From the human T2T-CHM13v2.0 reference genome, Homo sapiens, in NCBI RefSeq assembly GCF_009914755.1, contig NC_060932.1: a DNA stretch of 64,000 bases; one strand, written 5' to 3'. This document shows, one piece after another, positions 28,941 through 43,409 of this stretch. The translations under genes and the position numbers were made by a program. The notes below the pieces were generated by a model. That model was given only the letters and a program-made list of their open reading frames with translations, did no database searches and had not been told where the DNA came from. Every line of letters begins with the position of its first letter. The stretch's first letter is position 1.

Positions 28941-29181
28941 TTTCATGACACACTCTACTCCAAGGGGCTCAAGTCCATTTCTAGTTCCACTCCTTGCCAC
29001 ACTCCTCCCCAACTGGCAGCACTCTTATTGCCCATTTTACCCCATCCCTCTACCCAGCAGAACGTGCCAAGACTTCATAGTCTGCCTAAGGGTCCTTTCC
29101 TTCGTGTCATTTCCCCTGAGAGCTCCAGCATGCAATCACCTCCTCTTTCTCTGAAATACTTCCCTTAGCAATGGTTTAGCC

Positions 29182-29399
29182 CAGGGTTTCTCAACCTCAG
29201 GACTATGTACAGTTTGTGTCAACTGATTCTTTGTTGTGGGGGTCTGTCCTGTGCATTATAGGACATTTAGTGGCATCCCTGGGCCTCTATCTAGTAGACA
29301 CTAGTAGTACCCCCAGCTGTGATAATCAAAAATATCTCTAGACATTGCCAAATGTTCCATGGGAAACCAAACCAAATTACCTCTGGTTTTGAACCACTG
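29182..29399 (-). mobile_element. MER20
   Basis: CAGGGTTTCTCAACCTC...AGACATTGCCAAATGT..GAACCACTG; TSD GTTTAGCC/GCTTAACC. Confidence 0.9.
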
Positions 29400-29731
29400 G
29401 CTTAACCTGTAATTGTTCTCTAATTGGGTGATGTGGGACAGGTGTGCCTCCCCTGAAACTTGAGGCTGTGGGCAGCATGTTTGTCTTTTGCTTGTGTCCT
29501 TGAAGGTGTTCTGTGCACAATAAAGAACTGAATATAGGTTGTGAATCTAAGCCCCACTTCCTAGTTTCAAATTGGAGCCAGCAATCACATCTTAATACTC
29601 CTGGTTAATTTTGAGTTGTACAGTACAGTAAATAAAAACCTAAGTTCTAAAATTTAAAGAAATGGATATAAACATCAGTTCTCTTACTATTTGTATAGCT
29701 GTGAGATGCTTGCTTTTCCATTTGTCTATGC

Positions 29732-29990
29732 CAGTGTTATCCAATAGAAATATAATACAAGACACATTAAAAGAGTAAAAAGAACCAAATCACGTTTGTG
29801 ACTTTATTACTTAATCTAATGTATAAAATATCATTTTACAACGTTATTAATATCAACAATTCATGAAGGATGTGTGTGGCATTCTTCTCTTTGTACTAAG
29901 TTGTGCATTTCCTCTTATAACATGTCTCACTAGAATGATCTGCATCTGAGCCACTCAATAGCCATGTTATGTCTAATGGTTACTAAATGC
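29732..29990. mobile_element. MER3/MER33-like MITE
   Basis: CAGTGTTATCCAATAGAAATATAATACAAG..CTCAATAGCCATG. Confidence 0.65.
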
Positions 29991-30066
29991 ATTGGCTTCC
30001 CCCATTAGGCTGTGAACATTTTGAGGGAAGAGACTCTGTCATATTCATTTATAATTAAAAACAACT

Positions 30067-30460
<394 letters not shown>

Positions 30461-31214
30461 TCACTCTGGGAACCATTTTAGCCCTTACATAAAATACCAG
30501 AAACATGACAGAAGCCAGTCCCCTCCCTTGAATGGAGTCCTCTCTACTTGTAGAAATAAGACATACATGTATCAAATCACAACAAAAAGCAATATATAAT
30601 AATTAACTAAAATGCTATCCACTAGAAAGTTTCAAAATCAATGGGTGATGGAAAGAACAGTCTCTTCAACAAATGGTGCTGGGACAACTGACTAGCCACA
30701 TGCAAATTAATAAACTAGGATCCTTACCTTACACCGTATACAAAAATTAACTAAAAATGGATTGAAGGCCTATGTTTAAGAGCTAAAACTATAAAACTCC
30801 TAGAAGAAAGCATAGATGAAAATGTCCATGATACTGAATTTGGCAATGCTGTCTTAGATATGACACCAAAAGCATGAACAACAAAAGAAGGATAAGCTGG
30901 ACTTCATCAAAATTAAAGGCTTTTGTGCGTCAAAGGAAACTGTTGATAAAGAGACAACCCAAATAATAAGAGAAAAAATTTACAAATCAGTAGACATTTT
31001 CCAAAGATGATAATGCCTAACATACATGAAAAGATGCTCAGGGTTACTAGCCATTAGGGAATTGCAAATCAAAACTACAGTGATGTAATGCTTCACACAC
31101 ACTAGGACAGCTATCATAATTTGAGAAAAGGAAAATCACAAGTATTGGTGAGGAGGTAGAGAAACTGGTTCACGCATTGCTAATGGGAATGTAAAAATGA
31201 TGAAGTCTTTTGAA

Positions 31215-32033
31215 ATAGTTTGGCAGTTTCTTAATAAGTTAAATATATAATTATCATATGACCCACCAATTCTATTCATGTTTATATATTTTATATATAA
31301 TATAAATATATATCATAATTATATTCATAATTATATGAATATAACTATATATGAATATAATTATATAATTATATATGAATATAATTATATAATTATATAT
31401 GAATATATATAATTACATACGAATATATAATTATATAATTACGTACGAATATGATTATATAATTATATACGTATATAATTATATACGTATATAACTATAT
31501 AATTATATACGAATATAATTATATAATTATATACGTATATAATTATGTGAATATAATTATATACGAATATAATTACGTGAATATAATTATATAATTATAT
31601 GTGAATGTAATTATATAATTATATGTGAATATAATTATATAATTATATGTGAATATAATTATATAATTATATGAATATAACTATATAATTATATGAATAT
31701 AACTATATAAGAATATAATTATATAATTATAATATGAATATAATTATATAATGATATTCTTGAATATGAATATAACTATATAATTATAATATGAATATAA
31801 TTATATAGTTATATTCTTAAATATGAATAGTTATATTCATATAATTATAATTATATAAATCATATAGTTATATAATTCATATACTTATATAATTATATTT
31901 CATATAATTATACTTATATAATTCATATAATTATACTTATATAATTATAATTTATAAAATATATAAACAGGAATAGAATTGCTGGGTCATATGATAATTA
32001 TATATTTAACTTACTAAGAAACTGCCAAATTAT
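31215..32033. repeat. 81-bp inverted repeat arms (31215-31295 / 31953-32033) enclosing an AT-rich array
   Basis: TTTGGCAGTTTCTTAATAAGTTAAATATATAATTATCATATGACCC vs GGGTCATATGATAATTATATATTTAACTTACTAAGAAACTGCCAAA; ~4 mismatches. Confidence 0.95.
31296..31952. repeat. AT-rich minisatellite, unit roughly GAATATAATTATATAATTATAT
   Basis: Seen directly; unit orientation flips near 31830. Confidence 0.92.
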
Positions 32034-32066
32034 CTTAAATATATATACATTTATATTTATACATCT

Positions 32067-32132
32067 AAATTCTGACTCAAATTCAAATTTCCTTCGTGCT
32101 CAGAAGCCCACCTTCTTCAAAAAAGCCTTCAC
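32067..32132 (-). repeat. Inverted copy of 32760-32825
   Basis: CTCAGAAGCCCACCTTCTTCAAAAAAG vs CTTTTTTGAAGAAGGTGGGCTTCTGAG; ~61/66 identity. Confidence 0.93.
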
Positions 32133-33784
32133 TAATTCCTTGGAGATATTTTTGGAGATATCTATATATCTATATCTATATCTCCAAGAATTGTATTGAA
32201 AAAATAAAATATGGGTCTTCAAACAAAAACTTGTATAAGAATGTTCATTGCAGCACTATTTATAGCAACCAAAAGTGGAAGCATTCTGAATCGTTATTAA
32301 TGGGTGGATAAATTAAATGAGGTATGTCCATCCAATGGATTATTATTCAGCTGTAAAAAGGAATGAAGTACTGATACATGCTACACACATGGATGAATTG
32401 AGACCATTATAGCAAGTAAAAACAATGCGACACAGAAGGCTACATACTGTCTTAATTCCACTACATGAACTATCGAGAATAGATAAATCCGTAGACACAG
32501 AAAGCAGATTAGTGGTTTCTAGGGCCTGGGAAGAGGAGGGGTTGGCGGGAGTGACTGCTCAATGGGTACAGGGGTTTCCTTCTGGGGCGATTAAAATGTT
32601 CTGGAAGTAGATAATGGTGATGGTTGTACAACATTGTAAATATACAAAATGCCCTTGGATTGTACATTTTAAAATGATTAAAATGGTGAATTTTATGCTA
32701 TGTATATTTTACCACAATAACATTGAGTCATTTTGGTCTCTGGGAAGGCAAGGGAAATTGTGAAGCCTTTTTTGAAGAAGGTGGGCTTCTGAGAACAAAG
32801 GAAATTTGAATTTGAATCCGAATTTGAATTTGCAGCAAAGGATAAAGGTGCCCCACGTAAAGGTAAAGATAGAAACTTGAGCAGCCTGGCTTGTGTAACA
32901 AGTGGGGATCAGGTGGAATTGTTGAGGAATGTCTCTTTAGAGTCTACAAATTTGATCGAAGTAAGGATTAATTTAAAGCACAAAATATATTTTCAGCAGA
33001 GACCAAATGTTCCCCAACTATTAAATTTAACTATCAATAAGTAAACACATCAAGTAGAACATTATATTCTTGATATTATTATTAAATACTATTTTCCTGT
33101 GCCTTTAAGAAAAGAAGCAGACACTCCTTGGGATCACTCACAGCTCAATTTTTATGGCATTTGTTTTACAAATACTGCGTTACTGTGGAGGAAAGAAGTG
33201 GGGACATGCACAGCATATTTATTTTTTCTATATCCAAAGTAAATCCATACATCATTACTTTAGGAACTAAATATGTATAATTTGCCTTGGATTTATTACA
33301 GCATCAAAGTGCAACTGGAAATATACGGAGTTTGAAATTAGAATTGTCAACTGTTCACATGGAGATCAATAGCCTTGGAAAGGGTGACTGTGGGCCCTGC
33401 CAGGCAAGCTCAGTGACAGCCTCACAGCCAGTCAAGAATGTCAGCAAGACAGGCTGTGGGCAGAGTGATGAAATGCAGCCCCACGTATGAGGGTGTTAGG
33501 TGATCACATTTTAAATTTAATGGTGTAGGCTTCTGCCAAGGGGGTACTAGAGGTTACTCCAGTGCACAATAAAATAAAGGGAATATCTTTTGAGTCTTCA
33601 GTTTTTAGCCACTTTCAACTCATTGGGTTTTCTCAGCCTTAAACTAAGGTCATTAGCTTTCACAAGTTCTCCCTACAAACAAAACAAATGCTGGGTGTCA
33701 CCACCGCATTCTTTCCATGGGGGATGTTAGACACCACTGACCCGGATGATTACGCAGACAGCACACCCAAATAGAGACATCTAG

Positions 33785-34183
<399 letters not shown>

Positions 34184-34193
34184 CCAAAGATTT

Positions 34194-34225
34194 TGTGTGT
34201 GTGTGTGTGTATATGTGTGTGTATA

Positions 34226-34258
<33 letters not shown>

Positions 34259-34524
34259 GATAAACCATTATATATAATATTAATATATTAATATAAAACA
34301 CATCAATATATTAATATAAAATACATATATTATAAAATACATCAAAATATTAATATAAAATATATTAATATATTAATAAAATATATTAATACATTAATAT
34401 ATAATTATATATTAAAATATATATTAGTATATAAAAAGTTATATATAATATATAAATTATCTATATTTTATATAACATATATAATTAATTATATATTATA
34501 TAATATATAATATTATAAACCATT
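34194..34524. repeat. (TG)n(TA)n microsatellite followed by an AT-rich low-complexity tract
   Basis: Seen directly; tract framed by ATAAACCATT direct repeats. Confidence 0.93.
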
Positions 34525-35104
34525 GCCAAGTGAGAAGTTAAACTTAGCTGTTCTAAGAACAAAGGTTGAAATTCTGACTTCTAAGAAGACCTCTGTATTA
34601 TTTTCATCAATTCATGTGTATTTGGCAAACTTTGGTGTTCATGTTTCTGTGTAACAGAATATATTACAGAGAGGTATTTCACATCAAGAAATGTAGGGCC
34701 ACTCCAAAAGCATTATTTATGTAAAATCATTTAATCACTCACTTTTTGCTATCATAAGTGAGAAAAGAGATAGAGAAACCCACATTTTCAATTCCTTCAG
34801 ATTATGGTAGAAAAATGAAGCCTGTAACAGTGCTGTCAATAGATTATTCTGTATTGGATTTTGAGCTATTCTGCTAAAAGTGTTTGAGACATTACATTCC
34901 ATGTCAGTATTTCATTGATTATACTGATGTTTTGTTTTATGTAGGTTAGACACATCCTTTAAAAGCTAAGTAACATATTATGTTTTTTTCTTTTGATTTT
35001 CCTCTTGGAAACCTTGCTGTGTGATTGCTTCTCTGTCAGAAGTTCTCACATTCTGTTTGCTAAAATTTCAAAACTGTCTCCCAAATCTAAGCATGACCTG
35101 GTGA

Positions 35105-35584
<480 letters not shown>

Positions 35585-38109
35585 TAGTTCTATCGGTTAT
35601 TAGTTATGTGACTTCCTGCAATCTTCTTAAATATTTGTGCCTCAATATTTTCTTTGCCAAACGGAGAGAGTAACACTGTAGGTTTGTTAAATGATAATGT
35701 GAAATGCTACATATAAAAATCCTGTCGTAGAGAGCAGTACACATAGTTGGAATTCAATAAAAATTTTTCCTGTGGCCCATCAGACTAGAACAACCCCGCC
35801 CCCAGCAACATTTTTCAGTTGGTGGCTAATATCTCGTGCAGCCTCTTCGCACGTAATCTAGCTGTACTTTTCTTTAAAGAATATTAAATGCTCACTTTAA
35901 ATAATACAATAATCTGTTTGCCTCTGTGAAGCCTTTCTTTTTGTGTTTATTTTGTATCTTTCCCTTGCTCTTACTCTGAAATGGAACAAAGATTAAAAAC
36001 CCTAGAAGAAAAATTGCCCACCAGTGATATTCATTAAATATGGTAAAAAGAGAACACATAAAACTCACCTTAGTTTAACTTAATGTTCCAAAACAAACTA
36101 TAAACATTAATTGGTATAAAAACATTCCTTTGTACACATTTTTGTGTAGGAAACTTTAAAAAAGAATTACTTGGTTGGCTAACACCATTGGAATGTCAAT
36201 TTCCAATAAACAACAAGCACTCCATTTTATTGGTCTGTTAGGAATACATATATATGAAAGTAGAGCATTATAATTTGAACAATTTATTTTAGCTTTAAAG
36301 TCTTTAAAACTGGCTTCAACTATTCCTACCTTCATACTGTTTTTAATTTTTCAGTGGTTAATATGTTTCACTAAAAGGTGGAGAGTTTTACATTACACAC
36401 TAAAACAGAAACAAATCAAAAGATTTCCTAAAAATGTGAAGAATGTCTGAAACCAACTCTAATAAAAAGGCAAATAGAGTATGTGTAAGAAGCTATTTCT
36501 TTTTGCAACTATTTTACCTTAAGTTGTCAAGATCGCATTATGTAATTTTTGGAATGATTACAGATTCTGAGGGAGTATGATATCTACACACAAAAACAAC
36601 TTTTTCCTTTGACAAAAACATCTGGGATCGTTCTTTGTTAAGCAATTAACTGAGATCCAGGTAAACAGAAGAATAACTATTGATTTACCCACATGAGGCT
36701 ACTGAAATTCTTTTGGGAAAAAAGAATTAAAATTGTTTGCTGTATAAAGCAACCACAAAGCTTTTATAAAAATAGCAATGATATTGGTTGTTTGAGACAT
36801 GTAAGCTAAAGGGAGTCATTTTCTGGAAGATCCTATTGCTGAGGAGCAGATTTCAGTCCGGTTGGTCAGAAGAACTTGTCCATGATCATCATGAGACCAA
36901 ACAGCACAGTCTCAACTGTTTATTAAGGGCTTGAGAATCCAAGCAGTATCTGTGGGCTACAAATGCCCGTGTCATTAATTCTGGAAAAATATACATGATT
37001 CAACAATGGACAAAGGCAGGCTTAGACAAAGGCACAGGTCTTAACGTGTGTATCACTGTCTGACAGGACTTGGATGTGGGGTAAGGAGCCCTAAGGGGTG
37101 GTCAAAGGTTAAAGGTGAAAGGTGAATTCTATTCTGGGAAGGTTCTGCTTTGTTTTTCCTGTACTGGCCACTTCCTTCCTTGAGGAGCTACTTCCTTCTA
37201 AACAATACTTCCCCTCTCCTCAGTATTAGCACAGGACAGTGTGCACAGGAAGGGCTAGATATGGACAGTGTCTACAAGAGTGAGCGCCTACAGATTTTTT
37301 CTCTTCCTGCTTCTTCACTGTAGTTACTCCTCCCACAAAGGCCAAGTCACTTACCCTATGCTAGTCTTATGCACCACGTTAGTTAACCACCAAGGGCAGA
37401 ACTAAAAAAATTGTAGAAAGTTGGAAGCTTCTGTAGGAATTTTCTAGGCAATTATGGAAGATGAGCTCTTCACTTAGGGGCTCAGTCATTTTTTTCTTTG
37501 CTAGGTTTTCAGTGAGTTTTCCTATCTCTACCAGGAAATGACAGGCCAGCCTGAAGAATTCTTGAAGATCCCAGCCACTTAATTTCAACTCATTAGAGGA
37601 TGTTTGATAGGGCAGAAATGTCTGTTCCCTCCTTGCCTCAGTGCCATTTTAAATAGAAAGCTGATAGGCTTGTGTAAAAGTGGGTGTGCTGCCTTTTAAA
37701 AAAATTATACTTCTTTTTAAAAGTGATTCTTGACAGAGAACAAGTTTCCGTGGGATTGCTGAAGTGGCCCCAAAACACTTTCAAAAGGCTTCATTCTTTA
37801 GGCACTCAAAATTGTGTAATCAACACATTTACATTTGAAGATTTCCCAGTTAAGTCAAGAGATTTGTCAGAGTTCAGGAGTGGATGTGAACAACCGGTTG
37901 GCACCTACAACCAGGGAGGGCAAATATCTCATTCACCCCCTTCCCCCTGCAAAGGTCTTTCTGACCTCACAGCTGGTTAGAAGGGCATTAAGAACTTTAA
38001 GTTAAATATGTAGCACATGGGAGAAGAGGTCCATTTTGGCAAAACAGCAGAGATATGCTTTTCTTACCTCAAGGCTGAAGGATTTTCTTTTACAAAAATT
38101 GATTAATCG

Positions 38110-38427
38110 ATTTCTTTTTATTTATTTAATTTTTTTTTTTTTTTTTGAGATGGAGTCTCACTCTGCTGCCAAGGCTGGAGTGCAGAGGCGCGGCCTCGGC
38201 TCACTGCAAGCTCCGCCTCCTGGGTTCACACCATTCTCTTGCCTCAGCCTCCTGAGTAGCTGGGACTACAGGCACCCGCCACCACGCCCGGCTAATTTTT
38301 TGTATTTTTAGTAGAGATGGGGTTTCACCGTGTTAGTCAGGATGGTTTGGATCTCCTGACCTCGCGATCCGCCTGCCTTGGCCTCCGACTGTGCTGGGAT
38401 TACAGGCGTGAGCCACCGCGCCTGGCC
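38110..38427 (-). mobile_element. AluY-like inserted in the tail of an older Alu
   Basis: TGCAAGCTCCGCCTCC, GTTCACACCATTC, CCGTGTTAGTCAGGATGG. Confidence 0.93.
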
Positions 38428-38730
<303 letters not shown>

Positions 38731-39603
38731 TAATAAATTTGAATGTAATATTCTTTGGTTAATATAATTTTAGATTTATATTTGGAAATTTCTCTAGAAA
38801 ATTAGAAATACTTTCAGATATATTTTTATATTCACCTGTGTAATATTCAGGTAGAGACACAGATAAAGTAGTGCTGCATACATGATGAATGACACAAATA
38901 ACCACATAGCATTTTACAGAGATCTATCCTATTGCTTCATTTAACATTAATAAGTACTGATATATGGGCTAAAATTGACTTAGAAAGCAGTTATCCTTTC
39001 CCACAGTTGGTCCTATGGCCAGTTTACAGGGACAGGCTCAAAACTTAAATTCTGGAAATGTGATCTTCTCTTAGCAGGTCACTAGTCTGTCCTTAAGGGG
39101 TGTTAATAGCATCACCTGGCAGTTACAAACATATGGCAATTGTAGGACCTGGATTTTCCAGGGTGATCTATGTATGTATGCAATATTCTCTATTGTCAGG
39201 AAGTGTGACCTGAATTTTGTTTCAGAAAACATCTTTCTCTGTATAGGAATTAGAGGCTACCCTGACTTGCTGCCACACATCACTGTAAGTTCCATTGACT
39301 CAGAGTAGCTTTGGGAGCCTGGAAAATGCTTAGCTTTTGACCTGAGGGAAGATTCTGGTTTAGTAGATTGTCCTGGGTATAGCCTTGATTGGTTCTGAGC
39401 TTCCCTCAAGTGGTTCTAAACATGGTTTTGGGTATAGACTATGCTGGAACCACCATGGACTGATACTGTGAGGAGGTTAATCCCCATTTAAAAAACTTCT
39501 GCAAAAAACTGGGCACAAATGAGAAATAGTTCATTATTACTCTGTGTATGGTATAGGGGGCGGGGGCAGGGACTGACCACTGAGCTTATTCTGAATTCTG
39601 TGC

Positions 39604-39650
39604 TTGCCCAGGCTGGTCTCGAGCATCTGAGTTCAAGCAATCCTCCCACC
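39604..39650 (-). mobile_element. Internal Alu fragment (47 bp, no tail)
   Basis: TTGCCCAGGCTGGTCTCGAGCATCTGAGTTCAAGCAATCCTCCCACC. Confidence 0.8.
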
Positions 39651-39879
39651 ACTATTAATATTATTGCTAATGATATTAGTGATTATTAGTGATAATTGTT
39701 ATTAGTGATAATCTTAATAAAAACAAATTGCCTTCTTCCAAGTGTAGTCTCACCTAGTGACTAGCCCACAAGAACTGTATCGCCATCTCATTATTGCTAC
39801 TTCTCTCTTATTTAGGTGCCAGGTGCTCATATGTTTTATGTCTCGTACTTTATTTCAGCCCAAATCCAGATCATTTAAT

Positions 39880-40030
39880 GCAGCAGAATCCTATAAACTG
39901 GAGAGACTTGGATTGGGAATCTTAGTAGATTCCCTAGATGGTGAAGTATGGGCTGAAAGAGGTTTGTGATTTGCCTAATACCACACAGTACATTAGTGGT
40001 AGGGCCGAGGGTACCTGTGCTTCACTGGTA
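39880..40030. mobile_element. MIR-family fragment
   Basis: AGATGGTGAAGTATGGGCTGAAAGAGGTTTGTGATTTGCCTAATACCACACAGTACATTAGTGGTAG. Confidence 0.65.
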
Positions 40031-40059
40031 GCTGAAAATTCAAGATATAGGCTATCTCC

Positions 40060-40181
40060 ATGCATTGATGTAGGGTCTATGGTCACACAGTAAATTAGTG
40101 GTAGCCTCTGCCAGTGAAACATACATACACTCGACCCCTTCACTAATTTACTGTGTGACCGTAGACCCTATATTAATGCAT
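40060..40181. repeat. Inverted repeat: 41-bp arms, 40-nt loop
   Basis: TGCATTGATGTAGGGTCTATGGTCACACAGTAAATTAGTG / CACTAATTTACTGTGTGACCGTAGACCCTATATTAATGCA; 3 mismatches. Confidence 0.97.
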
Positions 40182-40859
40182 CTTTTCAGGGGGTTAGACA
40201 TACGTGTTGCAAGACATGACGAAAGATAAATTAAGTTTCTGGATTCCTGATGTCATGTAATTATAACCATGGCCAGTCTATTGTGACATAGACACTTGTT
40301 TTACTTTTCATCTCACATTTGGGCATCACATACAAATGAATAAAGTGTTAAAAAATCAATTCCCATAACTGGCTTGGTGGCTCTTATATTTCATTGAATG
40401 AATCTTGGTCTGAATATTTTGACATTTATATAGATGGTATTTAGGCTGAACTTAAGTGTGACAAGATAGTCTACTGAATGTCTTTATCACCTGTCCCACT
40501 CTGCCTCCATTTTTTTATTGGTAAATGGGATAATGGTAATATTTCATAGAAATATTAGGAAGCTTACAAGAGACTATGTATATCAGGGTATCCTGTAAAC
40601 TGTAAATCTGTATATAAATGGGAATAATTATTGTTGGAACAAAACTCAAGTGACCATGATGGCTTTACTAACTAAGCTCTTGTTCTAATATTCTTATTAG
40701 GGGATTTTTTGGGGGGATTTTGTATATTTAGCAAACAGATGGTTCTGAAATATGCTTTATTTCCTCTATTGTGACTCATTTCTTTTTAAGGAGTTTCCCA
40801 TTCATAAAAAAAAAAAAAGGAAATACACACTTAGCAGGGAACATCTAAATAAAAGTAAA

Positions 40860-42119
<1,260 letters not shown>

Positions 42120-42120
<1 letters not shown>

Positions 42121-42194
42121 AGGGATAGAGGGAAGGAAGGAGAGAAGAAGGAAGAGAGAGAGAAAGAGAGAGAGAGAGAAGAGAGAGAGAGAGA
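42120..42194. repeat. GA-rich polypurine tract
   Basis: Seen directly. Confidence 0.9.
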
Positions 42195-43089
42195 CTTCTT
42201 TTTCTTGGATTCTAAATTGTATGTGACATTTCTGCCATGAAAGTGGGTGACTTTACCAAGAGCTAAGAAGTGCTCTACCTCTAGGCTGATGAAGAGAAGC
42301 TGGCCCCTAAAATCTAACAATAAATTCTGAAAGTGTTCACTGCGCTCAAATTGGTGACCTGCAGTTATCGGAAACATTTCCATCTTAGACCAGATGCATT
42401 TGTAAAAATAAATTTAGTCCCATGTGGACCAAAGAATCTAATGGCCCAAAGCTTTGATGTTGTCAGACTACTAACTAAATAACACGTTGGATAAAAAGAA
42501 AACAGATGCACAGACACTACTGATGGAGGCTTTGATCTCTTCTGTGGTAGCTGCAGGCTCATAAAGGACACTGGGAACTTTGTTGCTCTTCCTAATGAGC
42601 CTTTGCTACTTTATGAGGTTCACTGATTTCATGCACACCAAACAGGCGAGAAACGGCATTGTCTAAGAAAGGACTTTGATGTTTTCCTAATACTAGCCAA
42701 TAAACCATTTCTGGTACTTGTAGCCAGTAAATAGTGATTGTAGGATATTTTCATAAATACCTTGTTCAAGATCTGCTGGTGTCAACAGAGAGCAAGTAAA
42801 AAGGGTAGCAGCTAAGAGTCCAGAACATCTTGTAAGGTCCAACCAGATTTGCACAGCAATTTGCTTTTGCTAGTTTATTACACCTTTTCCCTCAAAAGTC
42901 AGAGTATGTTTGTTTCATGATATTGTTAAATTTAAAAAGCAAACGATAAAGCAAGGTTAGGTGGCATGAATCCAGGAGAGCTAATATCACTCTTCCTCTT
43001 TCAGGTTTTGATAACTTGAGGCATTTAGGGGAGAGAGGCTGCCTAAATGGAGTAGATATAAAAGTGGCTTCAATCCAGATAGATATAGA

Positions 43090-43409
43090 TTTTTTCTTTT
43101 TTCTTTTTTCTTTTTTTTTTTTTTTTGGAGATGGGGTCTCACTCTGTAGCCCAGGCTGGAGTGTAGTGGTGTGATCTCAGCTCACTGCAACCTCTACCTC
43201 CCAGGTTCAAGCAATTCTCCTGCCTCAGCCTCTTGAGTAGCTGGGATTACAAGAGCCCACCACCATGCCCGCCTAATTTTTGTATTTTTAGTAGAGATGG
43301 GGTTTCACTATGTTGGCCAGGCTGGTCTCGAACTCCTGACCTCAGGTGATCTGCCCACCTCGGCCTCCCAAAGTGCTGGGGTTATAGGTGTGAGCCACTG
43401 CAGCTGGCC
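43090..43409 (-). mobile_element. Alu (AluSx-like)
   Basis: TSD AGATATAGATTTTT. Confidence 0.95.

Larger units (their letters stand above)
30635..32720 (+). mobile_element. L1MB-like ORF2 end and 3'UTR, split by a complex ~880-bp insertion
   Basis: CAGTCTCTTCAACAAATGGTGCTGGGACAACTG, CATATGACCCACCAATTC | CCAAGAATTG, GTGAATTTTATGCTATGTATATTTTACCACAATAA. Confidence 0.88.

Noticed and set aside
31296-31952. Repeat array as a CRISPR-like locus
   Set aside because: No unique spacers, AT-only degenerate units, eukaryotic context, no cas genes.
40060-40181. Hairpin as a MADE1/Tigger-type MITE or a known miRNA
   Set aside because: The arms match no TIR I recognise, there is no TA or 8-bp TSD, the arm sequence derives from the adjacent MIR, and I recognise no mature miRNA.
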